A stretch of DNA of 64,000 nt from Octopus sinensis (lineage: Eukaryota), in contig NW_021833437.1 of assembly GCF_006345805.1 (NCBI RefSeq), positions 39,237-103,236 on the forward strand, written 5' to 3'. Shown here in pieces: positions 26,524 to 39,779 of this stretch. Both the position numbers and the translations under genes were made by a program. Position 1 is the stretch's first letter; every line of letters begins with the position of its first letter. The notes beneath the pieces are model-generated. The model made no database searches and had not been told where the DNA came from. It saw nothing but the letters and a program-made list of their open reading frames with translations.

Positions 26524-27755
26524 CATAGACATGCAGGAAGTAAATAGATACCAATAATTTTCTAAATTTCTGATTTAAGCTCCTTAATATGTTTTCAGCG
26601 GTGTACAACTTACAATGTAATTATTCTTTTTTCATTCTAGGTGCCATTATATTGAACATTTGCGAAGAGTGACCATGCCACGCACTAAAAATTCAGCAGA
26701 ACTGCCAGATTTTCAATGAGGTTTTAGCCATCGAAAAATTGCAGAAAATCTTCATATTCCTCTTGCAACTGTTAATAGAATTATTGTGCAATTCAAAAGC
26801 CAAGGAAAAGAATCAACAGATTGTCGTCCCGGCCAGCCTGGGCCCTCGGAAAGGAAGCTTCGCTGTTTGAAGAGAATTGTGGAAACGAACCACGTTCGAA
26901 GGCTTTTGACATTGCAAAAGAGCTAGAAGTTAGTCAAAGAACGTTTGTTACATATCTGCATAGGCTTGGGTATTATGGACGAACAGCAAGAAGGAAATCA
27001 ATTAATATCATAAAAAGAAAGAAATGGACTAATGAGATATCAGAAAAATCTAGTTTATTTTGAGATAGAGTGATTTTCTCAGATGAATCCAGATTTGCCT
27101 TATTTTCAGAGAGTGGATGTTTTTGGGTGCGGAGGCTTCCCAGTCAAGAATTTGATTTGAAACGACTCCAACCACCTGTGAAAGTATCTCTGTAGTGATA
27201 TGGGGAGCTGTCACCAGCAATGGTCGTTCTTTCCTGATCGAATGTGTTGGAACCATAAACTCTGAAAAATACATCGAAATACTTAAGCAAGGACTACTTC
27301 CGATGTATTCACATGATAACATAATGAAAAATGAGTTTTTATACATGGAAGATGTGGTTCTATGCCACACATCGAAAAAGAATCAACAATGGCTGACTGA
27401 AAATGGGATCAAAAAGCTATCTTGGCCGAGCTAATCTCCTGACATGAATCCAACTGAAAATCTTTGGAGCATACTAGATAAGAGCTATAGGAAAAACTCG
27501 ACAAAAACCTAAATCTAAAGATGAATTGTTTCGATTGTTGCATGAAAAGTGGGGAGAAATTCCACAAGAGACAATCACAAAGCTCATCAGTTCAATGCCA
27601 AAAAGAGTTTCTGAATTAAAAACTGCAAAGGGAATGTCAACTAAATACTAAAGTATGTAGTCCTCCCTATCGATTACATTCCAACTGTTCGCTTTGCGTA
27701 TTAAAAAAAACATTTTGAAAATTAAAGGTGTCTATTTACTTTTTGCACATCTGTG
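26524..27755 (+). mobile_element. Tc1-family DNA transposon, full length and decayed, with about 39-bp TIRs
   Basis: Left catagacatgcaggaagtaaatagataccaataattttc is the reverse complement (with mismatches) of right gaaaattaaaggtgtctatttactttttgcacatctgtg; TA follows at 27756. Confidence 0.9.
26675..27651 (+). pseudogene. Tc1 (DD34E) transposase pseudogene
   Basis: MPRTK...[19 protein letters not shown] (HTH), VIFSDESRF, IWGAVTSNG, WPS*SPDMNPTENLW, SMPKRV...KGMSTKY*; several stops and frameshifts. Confidence 0.92.
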
Positions 27756-27943
27756 TACATGCTGTGTCTTCTTTAGTGCATTATATGTGAAAGTCTCATC
27801 ATTGCGATTACTACAAGATTAGCTTGTATGCTAGTAATCTGAGCTTCATTTTCTTTTACTTTCTTTTTCTTTCCCCCTCCTCACCATCTTTTTTCAAGGA
27901 TTATCTGTTGCTTGAATATATTTTCAACGTGTGATACGAAACA

Positions 27944-28083
27944 CACTCACCGGTAAAATTTCCACTTATTTCTTATTTTTATTTTTCTAAAATTTTCGTT
28001 GCGTGTATTGAAAAGGTTGCAAGACGCAACAAAAATTTTAGGAAAATAAAAATAAGAAATAAGTGGAAATTTTACGGTGAGTG
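27944..28083. repeat. About 60-bp inverted repeat (fold-back), probably Penelope-pLTR derived
   Basis: cactcaccggtaaaatttccacttatttc...gttgcgt / acgcaac...gaaataagtggaaattttacggtgagtg. Confidence 0.88.
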
Positions 28084-28249
28084 GGTTAAATTATAAGGCA
28101 CAAAAATAAAATGACTCTCCCCAGACACAACAGAATATACTTCAAAACACGAACTCATAAAAAATTTTGCAGACCAAATCCAAAAACGAAATGTAATACG
28201 TAAACTATCTATAAAATTCTTTACTTTTTGTCTTTACAAAACTTGCGTT

Positions 28250-28415
28250 TACGTGTTTACTTCCCCGTAACTTAGCGGTTCGGCAAAAACAGACCGATAG
28301 AATAAGTACTAGGCTTACAAAGAGTAAGTCCTGGGGTCGATTTGCTCGATTAAAGATGGTGCTCCAGCATGGCCACAGTCAAATGACTGAAACAATTAAA
28401 AGAGAAAAAAGAGAG
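28250..28415 (+). mobile_element. SINE family 1, 3' half
   Basis: ccccgtaacttagcggttcggcaaaa...gtgctccagcatggccacagtcaaatgactgaaac. Confidence 0.85.
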
Positions 28416-28514
28416 TATATGCACATATGCACATACACACACAGACTTTCTCGAATACGCTGTCGGTTCTTTTATGCAATAACCATCTCTTTGCTCTACT
28501 TCATGCGCTGCGCA

Positions 28515-28553
<39 letters not shown>

Positions 28554-28567
28554 ATCCAAACAAGAAA

Positions 28568-28629
<62 letters not shown>

Positions 28630-28895
28630 TAAGGATAATATCGATATTTAAATATCGATATTATGAAGTGGCCAGCTTGGGAATGAATATCGATATTATC
28701 CTTATTTATAAATTTATATAATTCGTCACTCTATTCACCGCGGTGTTTATTTTGACCATATCGTGCTTATGAGGTGGTTGGCGGGCAAGTTGAACTGGCC
28801 TTGTACATACGTGCATATATATATGTATATATGGACGTTCGCATATGTAAGTATAACGTTTGTTCTGTATTTGTATTTATGTGCCCATCTGATAT

Positions 28896-28954
28896 ATTCA
28901 ACTGATGAAGGTATAGGTTATTTGAAGCAAAGCTAGAAATCCAAGATCTTGAAT
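28896..28954 (+). ncRNA. Type-I hammerhead ribozyme-like motif
   Basis: attcaa CTGATGA (27 nt) GAAA tccaaga TC ttgaat: 6-bp stem I, both core motifs, AUC site; stem II closing pair is defective. Confidence 0.55.
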
Positions 28955-29097
28955 TATTCAGTAATATCTTTTTGCTAGTCTAATTTGTCCCTCTGTCCTA
29001 TCTCATGATGCGATATGAACATTTAAGGTGGTTTTTAGAGTCAGGGATTTGACTGCTATTTCGGCATGGTGGTGTCTCTCAGACACCCTTATTTTTA

Positions 29098-29136
<39 letters not shown>

Positions 29137-30037
29137 TCGGATATATGTTTTACAATTTCTACATTGTGAATATCTTTGTATATATGCGTTCGGTGTACAT
29201 GCGCATATGTCTGATGTACACGTATGCAGCTTAACGAACGGAGATGTAAGCAACGAGAGAAGTGAAAGTAGAGATAGGGGCCTGGCCATCCAATGAGTGA
29301 TAGAAGCATTCAGTGATGGAGGAGAGAGTTAATATCATGGCAATATCACGACAGAGAATGAGAATCTTTTTAATATAAGGTTTCAAATAATTGAGAGAAT
29401 TAGGTGATAGAAATTCTATCAAAGTTAGATATAATCAACAAGAAACTGTGGATAATAAGGAAACCATTCCAATGAAATCGTATAGAATATCAGTATAAGG
29501 TATAGATCATATACACATATATAAAGATGTGCATATATGTTATTCTCAAGAATTACTGTACATCGCTTCATATATATATATATATATGTACACTGGTCAC
29601 TAATAAAGTGAAGTGGCAAGACTTGTGCAATTGATTCAAGGCAGTTACAGGTTGTTATAGGTTTAGGAAAGGAAGGTAACATGCGTATATATGAATAGGT
29701 GTATGTGAATGTAACAATATATATGTATAGGGTGTATGCGTTGCTTAAATGGATGTATTTGCATAAAGTTTTTCATGTACATATGTGTATTTATGTGTAT
29801 AATATATATATATATGTGTGTGTGTGTGCTTCTGTCAATATATATATATGTGGGGGGGGAGTTTATGTGTGTGTATGTGTGTGTATACGTGTGTATGAGG
29901 GAGTTTGTATATATACTCACTCATACATAAGGGCTCGTATACATATATGCGCATACACACATACATTGATATATACAAGAAATGTAGGTCTGGACATATA
30001 TATGTATATATTTATAGTTATATATATATAATATATA

Positions 30038-30080
<43 letters not shown>

Positions 30081-30131
30081 TACATGTTTCTATGTATATA
30101 CATGTTTATATGTATTCAATCATATATGTTA

Positions 30132-30162
<31 letters not shown>

Positions 30163-30260
30163 GCACGTATATATTAATTTATACATAAATGTACAAATAA
30201 TGTATATTTACATCGGAAGATAGAGAATACTTAATATAATGCAATTCATAAAAAATGTTA

Positions 30261-30425
30261 TAGGTGCAGGAGTGGCCGTGTAATAAGTAACTTGGTTAGC
30301 AGCCGCTTGGTTCTGGGTTCAGTCCCACCTCATGGCACCTTGGGCAAGTGTGTTCTACTATAGCCTCCGGCCGACCAAGTCCTTCTGGGTGGCTTTGGTA
30401 GGCGGAAACTGAAAGAAGCACGTCG

Positions 30426-30522
<97 letters not shown>

Positions 30523-30683
30523 CTGTGTTTGTGCCCCCATCATCGCTTGACAACAGATGATGGTGTGTTTACGTATTCGGGGAAGTACTAGGCTTACAAA
30601 GAATAAGTCCTGGGGTCGATTTGTTCGACTAAAAGTGGTGCTCCAGCATGGCCACAGTCAAATGAGTGAAATAAATAAAAGAA
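30261..30683 (+). mobile_element. SINE family 1 with long internal (TG)n
   Basis: Family head and tail. Confidence 0.88.
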
Positions 30684-31176
30684 CAGAAGAATAGCGGCAG
30701 GTAATATGCCGTTGAAGAAAATGGCAAATCGACATTTGAAGATGTAGTCAGCATGAAAATGTTTGAGAACGGCTGAAAGATAAGGGCTTCAAACTATTAT
30801 ATATGTATGTGTATGTATATATATACATACTCGCATGCATTTATATGTATACATACACCATACATGTATGTATGTATAACATATATTAAATTTCGTATAC
30901 ATAATCAGATGTATCAATACATATTGTACACATGTGTGTTTGTGTGTGTGTGTGTGTGTGTCTGTGTGTGTGTGTGTATGAGTGTACATGCGTAGATTTC
31001 TCTCTTAATACATTAATACCTGTATGAAATAGAGATAAATCACTATTTTTTGCATTTGTACTTCATCTACCTGACTCACATTGTATAAAGCTATCTATTC
31101 ATTTATGTATCAATCTACCTACATGCACACACACAAACACCCTCATATATATATATATACAGAATAAACTAGGTTG

Positions 31177-31223
<47 letters not shown>

Positions 31224-31238
31224 TCATAAGACCGATAT

Positions 31239-31281
<43 letters not shown>

Positions 31282-31335
31282 ATTATATATATATATATTA
31301 TATATATATTATATATATATATATATAATATATAC

Positions 31336-31381
<46 letters not shown>

Positions 31382-31666
31382 TTAAAGTGAGATAGAAAAT
31401 GAGATTAACTCTCTAATGCAAAAAAACATGTTATCAGTGTTTGATACAGGTATTAATATATTAATAATCGTCTCTCACTTGAATAAGCTATGGCATGATA
31501 AATATTCGTGAGACACCACCAGATCATTCTACAGAAAGTAATTTTCTAAAGATGTTCCTATTATACTCAACACGTCCTAAAGTTGTTGAAACCACAAAAA
31601 AGCTTATGTAGTTCGGTGGACATCTTTTAAATAAAAGCCGTGTAACATTTTGCGATTATGTGTCCA

Positions 31667-31832
31667 TAGGCACAGGTATGGCTCTGTGATAGGTACTTTG
31701 TTTCCCAACCACAAGAATCTGAGTTCAGACCCACTGCGTGGCACATTGGACAAATGTTCTCTACTGTAGCCACAACTGGCCAAATTCTTGTGGTTGGACT
31801 TCGTCGACAGAAACTGAAAGAAGTCCGTCGTA

Positions 31833-31870
<38 letters not shown>

Positions 31871-32310
31871 TATCTGTGTATGTGTCTGTGTCTTTGCGTT
31901 TGTGGGTGTCTTCGTGTCTGCTTAACAAGCGTTGCTGGTGTGTTTATTTCCCCTAACATTAGCGTTTCAGCATAAGAGACCGATAGAAGAATTACCAGGA
32001 TTAACCCTTTAGTGTTTAAACCGGCCATATCTGGCCCAGATATTCTACATGTTCTATATTCAAACTGGCAATATCTAGCCTCTCACACCTACCCAACAAT
32101 GTCATTCTAAAAATAAACAATCACATCATTGAAACCTCAAAGCTATGAGATAATGCTTGATTAATTCAAAACAATTTGAGTGGAAAAGTATTACATTTAA
32201 CAGAGTAATCTGAACACTAAAGGGTTAAAGTATTGGGGTCGATTCTTTCCACTAAAATCCCTTCAACTTGGTGCCCCAGTATGGCCGCAGTCTGTTGACT
32301 GAAGATAGAA
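31667..32310 (+). mobile_element. SINE family 1 interrupted by a TTAA MITE
   Basis: Head at 31667; the SINE resumes at 32229 (ggggtcgatt...ggtgccccagtatggccgcagtc). Confidence 0.82.
32005..32224. mobile_element. piggyBac-type non-autonomous MITE
   Basis: TTAA TSD (32001-04, 32225-28); TIR CCCTTTAGTGTT / AACACTAAAGGG. Confidence 0.88.
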
Positions 32311-32599
32311 GTTGTCTTGTAGGTCTTCAAATCATTCCAAATGTCCTTAGTGAAGGCGGGGTAGAGGACATGCAACGGTGGGGGTTTTGTCTGTTTACTT
32401 GTATCCAGGATATAACCCACGCTTAGAATTATAACTGGTGAAGCTCTTCCCTCGCCTGAATTGAGCACAAGCATTCTGTCACAGACATCTGGGCCAAGAT
32501 TTTGTTTTGAGCTGAGTTCTCACCCAGCATGAGCTTGAGAGTCTGCGAGCAAAATAGGGTGACCCTATGAATTATAGATGCTGACTATATGTGACTGAT

Positions 32600-33012
32600 C
32601 ATCATACCAAATATGTGATCATCATACCGTATATGTGAAGATTATGCCGTATATGCAATCATCATGCCGTATATGTGATCATCATGCCGTATGTGTAATT
32701 ATTATGCCGTATATGTGACCATCAATGCCGTATATGTGATCATCATGCCGTATATGTGATCGTCATGCCGGATATGTGATCGTCATGCTGTATATGTGAT
32801 CATCATGCCGGATATGTGGTCATCATGCCGTATATGTGATTGTCATGCCGTATATGTGATCATCATACCGTATATGTGATTATTATGCTCTATATGTGAC
32901 CATCAATGCCGTATATATGATCGTCATGCCGGACATGTGGTCATCATGCCGTATATGTGATTGTCATGCCGTATATATGATCATCATACCGAATATGTGA
33001 TTATGATACCGA
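32600..33012. repeat. 20-bp minisatellite (ATCATGCCGTATATGTGATC), about 20 copies
   Basis: Direct reading. Confidence 0.93.
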
Positions 33013-33405
33013 ATCAACTGGACACATTGCAATACGAGAACTGTAATAGAATATCCCAACAAGTATCTGTCTAGTCTAGATAAGGAATGATAGACTTGAA
33101 ACATTTGCCATAAAGAAACAGCTTCTCCACTCTCACCTAAACTACATGAAGTCTACTATATCGACAAATGCTAAACTAAATATCTTGCTGGTGGAGCTAG
33201 GAAAAGTTTTGCATCCATCCTTTATACTGAGAAAGTACGTAGCGATTTTCATATTTTGTATGAAATATTCTAGATGCAAACACTTAGATTTCATCGCAAA
33301 TTTGAAGAGAAACCAAGAAAATTCTCATAAGCACAATCCGCAGATTTACAAATGAAGTGTGTCCCATGTACCACGGGAAATCCTAGGACAGATTAGAAAA
33401 GGGAA

Positions 33406-33607
33406 AGGCGGCGAGCTGGCAGAAACGTTAGCATGCCGGGCGAAATGCTTAGCGGTATTTTGTCTGCCGTTACGTTCTGAGTTCAAATTCCGCCGAGGTC
33501 GACTTTGCCTTTCATCCTTTCGGGGTCGATTAAATAAGTACCAGTTACGCACTGGGGTCGATATAATCGACTTAATCCGTTTGTCTGTCCTTGTTTGTCC
33601 TCTCTTG
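33406..33607 (+). mobile_element. Nin-domain-like SINE family 2 with 16-bp TSD
   Basis: TSD agattagaaaagggaa at 33390-33405 and 33608-33623. Confidence 0.93.
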
Positions 33608-34909
33608 AGATTAGAAAAGGGAAGAGTGAAACAAAAAGCAGGCTTGCAATATGATAATATGACAACAGTATATATGTTGTGATGCTTATTGTTACAAAAT
33701 CCAGAGGCGAGCTAATTTACAAATTTAGGAAAACGTTACATAGAATGACGCTTAAAATAATTCTAGTAGAATAAAATAAGGAGACCCACTCAGTTGCTAT
33801 TTTACAAATCATAATAATTTAAGACGAACTCCTACATAAATGCTTCAGAGTCTGAAAAACAAACGATAAAAAAATACAAAACAAGGAGTTAGTATGCCAA
33901 ATAAATAAATACATAAATAAGTATATAAATAAATGAATTTATTAATCCAATTGATATCGAATATTTTTTTATCGATTACAATAAGTAAGATTACAGAAAA
34001 CATTTTTTTTTTTTTCAGAAATTGCTTAAACAATCGGATTAAGCCCTTTGGCAGTTTAGCTGATTTGCGCAAATTTGTAGGCCAAAGACAAAATAAGTAG
34101 ATAGGTCAATAATTATAAAAAACAAAAAGAAACATCCTTTGCATGCAAGCAAAACGGTCAAAAACGTAAATAGAAAGTAAATCTCTTTAAATCTGGAAAT
34201 ATAAAATATTACTAATATTATAAATACTGTAGGTCTATAAAATAAAGTTTATAAATAAGTTTGGGTTTTTTATTGATTTTTGGAAATTTGACAGGGAAAA
34301 AGTGTTTCTTAGCTTTCGTGGTAAAGTGTTATTCCATATGTTAATGCTGTTATAAATAAAGTGTTTTTTGACAAATTAATACTCGACAAAAAGGTGTTTC
34401 AAAATTCGAGTCAGCGATACCTCTTGATTGGTAGTTATGAGGGAGAAAATGGCGACGGATAATTTCATAGAAATAAGTATGGCGGTGATGAGATATGGGG
34501 AAGAGCAGTGTAGACATGACACGATATAAGCAAAACAGCTTGTAGTACAATTGCAAAGAATGGACACATGCGCGTGAATACAATGAAAAGTAACAGATAT
34601 TAACGATATACCAAACAGAAATACACACAAATACAAAATACACAATGCACACAGCCACGTTGGCACAAAGAAACAAAGAATTTAAAACTAAGAAACAATG
34701 AAACCAAAAAAATAACAAGATATCCATATATGTTTGAACACACAGACGTGATACTTGAAAAGTATGCATGCTAGATAAACATTGCAAAGGTCACAGGATT
34801 TCTGACAATTCAACTTAAATTGAAATTAAATGTAACACGTGACTCATTCAAGATACAAATAACATCTGTTGCAATAAGGAAAGCAAAATTCTGTCAGAAT
34901 CAAGTTAGA

Positions 34910-35262
34910 AACAACAGCTCTCAGAGAGCGGAAACCTCCGCCAAGGCAACACCAACGTTCTCTCAACGATTAGCCAGAGATGGTTTTTAAAAATGAGAAT
35001 ATCTGAAATAAACTCGACTGCTCTCACAAACGAGAATACTAAAAATGAACCCGACCGCTCTCAAAAATTAAGTTTAAAAAAATGGAAAAATAATCCCGAA
35101 TCCTTGTCTGGTACCGGATCGATCACAAAATCTAATCAGTTCGTGCCAGTCACCAGGCCAAACATCCTTGAAAGGTTCATCCGAATCTATCCAGCGGTTC
35201 TTGAGATATCTTGTCCACGGACAAAGTATCAAAGAAACAAGCACGCTAAAACGGAGGTAACA
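34910..35262 (-). mobile_element. HINE/DINE-like non-autonomous Helentron derivative
   Basis: Sub-terminal IR acctccg (34934) / cggaggt (35252-58) plus terminal hairpin gctctc-a-gagagc (34917-29); architecture inferred from known HINEs. Confidence 0.6.
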
Positions 35263-35322
35263 ATATATACATATATGTGTGCTTGTGTGTGTATGTGAGT
35301 GTGTGTGTAACAGTTTCAAGTT

Positions 35323-35710
35323 GTGGAGGCACAATGGCCCAGTGGTTAGGGCAGCGGACTCGCGGACGTAGGATCGCGATTTCGATTCCCAGACCGGGCG
35401 TTGTGAGTGTTTATTGAGCGAAAACACCTAAAGCTCCACGGGGCTCCGGCAGGGATGGTGGTGATCCCTGCTGTACTCTTTCACCACAACTTTCTCTCAC
35501 CCTTACTTCCTGTTTCTGTTGTACCTGTATTTCAAAGGGCCGGCCTTGTCACTCTCTGTGTCACGCTGAATATCCCTGAGAACTACGTTAAGGGTACACG
35601 TGTCTGTGGAGTGCTCAGCCACTTACACTTTAATTTCACGAGCAGGCTGTTCCGTTGATTCGGATCAACCGGAACCCTCATCGTCGTAACCGACAGAGTG
35701 CTTCCGTTCC
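35323..35710 (+). mobile_element. tRNA-derived SINE family 3 (OR-like), tail type B, with 14-bp TSD
   Basis: TSD aacagtttcaagtt at 35309-35322 and 35711-35724; tRNA head with tggcccagtggtt and tttcgattccc. Confidence 0.93.
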
Positions 35711-36064
35711 AACAGTTTCAAGTTAGTCCAATAATTAGCGATGGTGAGTGAGTGATATTGAAGGTTATAGCATATGCATGTATGTGTGTGTGTGCGTGTG
35801 TGTGTGTGATTGTGCGTGTGTGTGCATATCGTAGCAGTGAATTCTTTCGTTAGCTAACTCCACTATATGAGTTTTTTCATTATATATCATTGAATATATA
35901 TTAATTCGTCTGATGTATGTCTGTGGGTGTGCGTTTCTGTGTATGTCTATGTTCATATATGTATAAGTGCATATATATGTGTGTATATGTAGTACATATA
36001 TTTTTGTATACATATATATACACAGACACAAAATATATAAATACATATAGACATGCATAAATAT

Positions 36065-36375
36065 ATCACCGTCACTGTGACCAACCAGGCTATCAGATAT
36101 TGCTACACATCGCTGGTCACAATGCGCTTCGCATTGTTTTAGCCTTCAAATGATGCCACCCCGCTGGCTAAGTGAGCAGGCCAACAGAAGAAAGAGTGAG
36201 AGAAAGTTGTGGCGAAAGAGTACATCAGGGATCGCCACCACCCCCTGCCGGAGCCTCGTGGAGCTTTAGGTGTCTTTCGTTCAATAAATACTCACAAAGC
36301 CCGGTCTGGGAATCGAAACCACGATCCTACGACCGCGAGTCTGCTGCCCTAACCACTGGGCCATTGTGCCTCCAC
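36065..36375 (-). mobile_element. SINE family 3 head with tail type C
   Basis: Reverse complement of the first 180 bp or so matches 35323-35505; the tail is unrelated to types A and B. Confidence 0.85.
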
Positions 36376-36461
36376 GTATAAATATATATACGTGTATATA
36401 TATGTGTGTATATATATATATATATATGGATAAATATATATAATTTCAACTAAATATATAT

Positions 36462-36496
<35 letters not shown>

Positions 36497-37489
36497 TATA
36501 TAACAAATTCATAAATACATATATGTCAAAAACATAAATATATATATATATATAGGTATAATATATGTGTATATGTGTGTATGTGTGTATGTTCAGTATG
36601 ACTTGGTTACAAGTGTTCGAGCCCTCTCAACCAATCATGCAACGTCTGTACACAACTGTAACAGATGGCTTTGGATAGAGGACAGTGATACTGCTCAAGT
36701 GCATATGACACACATGCACACACTCATACACACATGTACACAAATGTGTATACATATAGATAAAACATACAAGCATGCATGCATACACAAATATATAGAA
36801 TTGCACGTAGACACACACAGAGGTACACTTGTTTGAATCAATTAATTTTCTGTCCGTAACAAATTTGGCTTGTCCACAGAAAATTTGTGTGTCTATAGAT
36901 TAATAACATGAATGACCTTTAAAACCCAAACATACAATCACACACAAACTCTCTTACATACACAGACACACGCATATTTTGAATAGAATATTCATACAAA
37001 ACTGGGTCTGTTTCCGTCACTGTAGAACGCGTAAGGGAGTATTATTAGAATAATGATAAGTTTTTTTGCGGTTGTAGAATGTTTATAATATACGGTCCCG
37101 ATAAAAGGAGTGTGCTGGTGAATTGTATGAATATGCGGCCAGCCAAGTAATATTCTGCCCATAAAATTGACTATCCCAGTCTCTATCCAAATTCTACATT
37201 ATTAAGTCGTAAATATCTTGCGTTCTAAAGACGCGTCTTTATTGCAACAATCTAAAAATAATACTAAAGAGGAGGAAACCCTCCCCACCACACACACTCA
37301 GACATATATATAGGTATACACTTATATATATAGATTTAAATACAGGTATATTTTATGTATATATATATATAATGATATATAAATATATATGTGTGTATAT
37401 AAACATATATGTATGTATGTGTATATCTTTATATGTATATATAATATATATGTGTGTGTGCATTTGTGTGTGTATGTGTGTTTGTGTAT

Positions 37490-38880
37490 AAACTTAGATA
37501 AACTTAGATATGTTTCGACCAAAGATTGGTCCAGGCCATGTCTAACTTAATAGCACCACCTGATAGGATTATTTGAATCCTGTTTAAGTCAAGTTTTGTT
37601 AATGGTCCATTCAAGTTGTGAGCTTTTGTTGGGTGAGTTGTATCCAATTATGGGTGGCTTATCTGGTATTCCTGGAAGGAATCTATCCAGACTCCGTTTA
37701 AAGTTGATGGGATCCTGTTCCTCTTTGATCTCTTTCGGGACAATGTTAAATAGGGCAGGGACCTGTTGAGGAAAAGAAATTATGTTGTAGTGTACATGTA
37801 TGCTGTGATCTTGAATTGGGTAGGGGACGTATGGCCCGTGGTCCCAGTCTTGGATGAACCTTGAAGCTAATGTTCAGGTCGTTTGGGAAAAGTTGGCGGT
37901 TTATTCTCCACATCGTACAAATGATGTACCGCTCACAGCGACGCTGGAGAGAGTAGAGTTTCAAGGCTTTAAGGCGATCCCAATAATCGAGAGAAGCCAT
38001 GCCTTCAATTCGTTTAATGAGTGCTCTCTAGGGTGATTCAATCCTCGAGATGTTTTGTCTTGTATGGGGAGACCACAGTGGGCAGCAGTATTCGAGGTGT
38101 GGCCGTACAAAGGAGGAGAAAAGTGGTATGATGACACATTGTTCTCTGGACCGGAAATTTCTTAAGATCCAGGAACTCATCCTACGAGCTATATCGACCT
38201 TCTTGTTGATGTGTGCACTCCAACTGAGATCGTCATCAACAATTACACCCAGGTCTCTGATATTGTTAGAGGCTGTGAGCTGTTCCCCTGAAGGAAGAGA
38301 GTATGGCATGTTTTAGTGAGGAATTTCTTCTAAAATGCATCAGCTCAAATTTCCCTCGTTCAGTTGCATTTTGTTTCTGTCTGCCCATTGACTCACAGCA
38401 TATAGATCAGACTGGAGTTGAGTTCGGTCTGCTTCTTCATTGACGATTTGCTGGAGCTTAGTGTCATCAGCAAATATTTTCACTTTGCAGTAATGTACGA
38501 CACTGGAAAGGTCGTTTATGTAGATTATGAAGAGTAGCGCACCCAAGACAGTCCCCTGGGGGACACCGCTGGTGACTTTTGCTGGGCTTTTTTTTGCCAA
38601 TTTTGAGAGTAGGATATTATGGTCTACCCTGTCGAACGCTTTACTGAAGTCAATATATATGACATCAGAGTTCGAAACTGTTCCCAAGGCTTTGAGTACA
38701 TCTTCAATGTGGTGTAAGAGCTGTGTTAGACAGTCCCTGCCACAGCGAAATCCATGCTGATTTGCATTTAGGAGTTTGTGGGTCTCCAGGAAGTCAGCTA
38801 TCCTTGATCTTAACACTCTTTCAAACACTTTGAGGATGTGGAAGGTGAGTGAGATTGGGCGATAGTTGAGTGCGAGGGAT
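37490..38880 (-). pseudogene. 5'-truncated CR1/L2-like LINE, reverse transcriptase pseudogene
   Basis: NYRPISLT, QHGFR, DFSKAFDRV, SGVPQGTVLG, FADDTKL, RDLGV, VRPHLEYC motifs; 3' stem-loop gaccaa-tct-ttggtc and (atctaagttt)2 tail. Confidence 0.95.
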
Positions 38881-38894
38881 GATACATATATGTT

Positions 38895-39280
38895 AATCAA
38901 ATGAATACAAACGCGTGATGGATAATTGTTAGATCATTACACCTGTTTCTTACGCGACTTTTAATCAAGTATGAGAAATATTACATCATTTTAAAAGGCC
39001 GTAATCAACAGATGAGAACGTAATTTTTACAGAGCGAAGGGCTAGCCCAGGAATTGCAGCAGTGATGAGTCTATCAAAGCCCAGCCATGAAAGGAAAATT
39101 ACCAAAATTACTAATCGTTAAAATATTATTCTTGGGTGTAATATGATATCTCAGATCAGTGCTGATGATTATGGCCTTTTAAAATGATGTAATGGTTCTC
39201 ATTCTTCATTAAAAGTTACGTTAGAAACAGCTGTAATGAGCTGAATCTTATCCATCACGCATTTTTATTTATTTCATTAT
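38895..39280. repeat. About 115-bp imperfect inverted repeat with about 150-bp spacer
   Basis: gcgtgatggataa...attacatcattttaaaaggcc (left) versus ggccttttaaaatgatgtaat...ttatccatcacgc (right). Confidence 0.85.
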
Positions 39281-39548
39281 AATACACCAACGGAATTTGT
39301 GACTTCTCGGACACCCTACAGTATACCCAGCGTATACCAACAACCTACTATTCGAGGTATTACGTAACATGAACAAGCCCCTTAGGCGTAATATACTCGT
39401 AGCACTGTTTTTATCTGTGTGCAATACCGAAATATCTTACCTGGTATCTCGGGCTCCAACCACCATTGGCCGAAACCGCACGCATTAATCAACCCTACCA
39501 GGTGAATACTTTTCAAGTACCTGACTCTATTGAAATCTCCTCTTAATT

Positions 39549-39643
<95 letters not shown>

Positions 39644-39741
39644 GTGTGTATATATATATATAGTATGTATATGTATATGTATATATATATATATGTATAT
39701 ACAGAGCTACATAGATAGATACATACATACGAACAAATGTA

Positions 39742-39779
<38 letters not shown>

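Noticed and set aside
38340-38900. Functional reverse transcriptase gene
   Set aside because: 5' truncated; about 30 codons missing between LLSKL and SGVPQG; frameshifts downstream.
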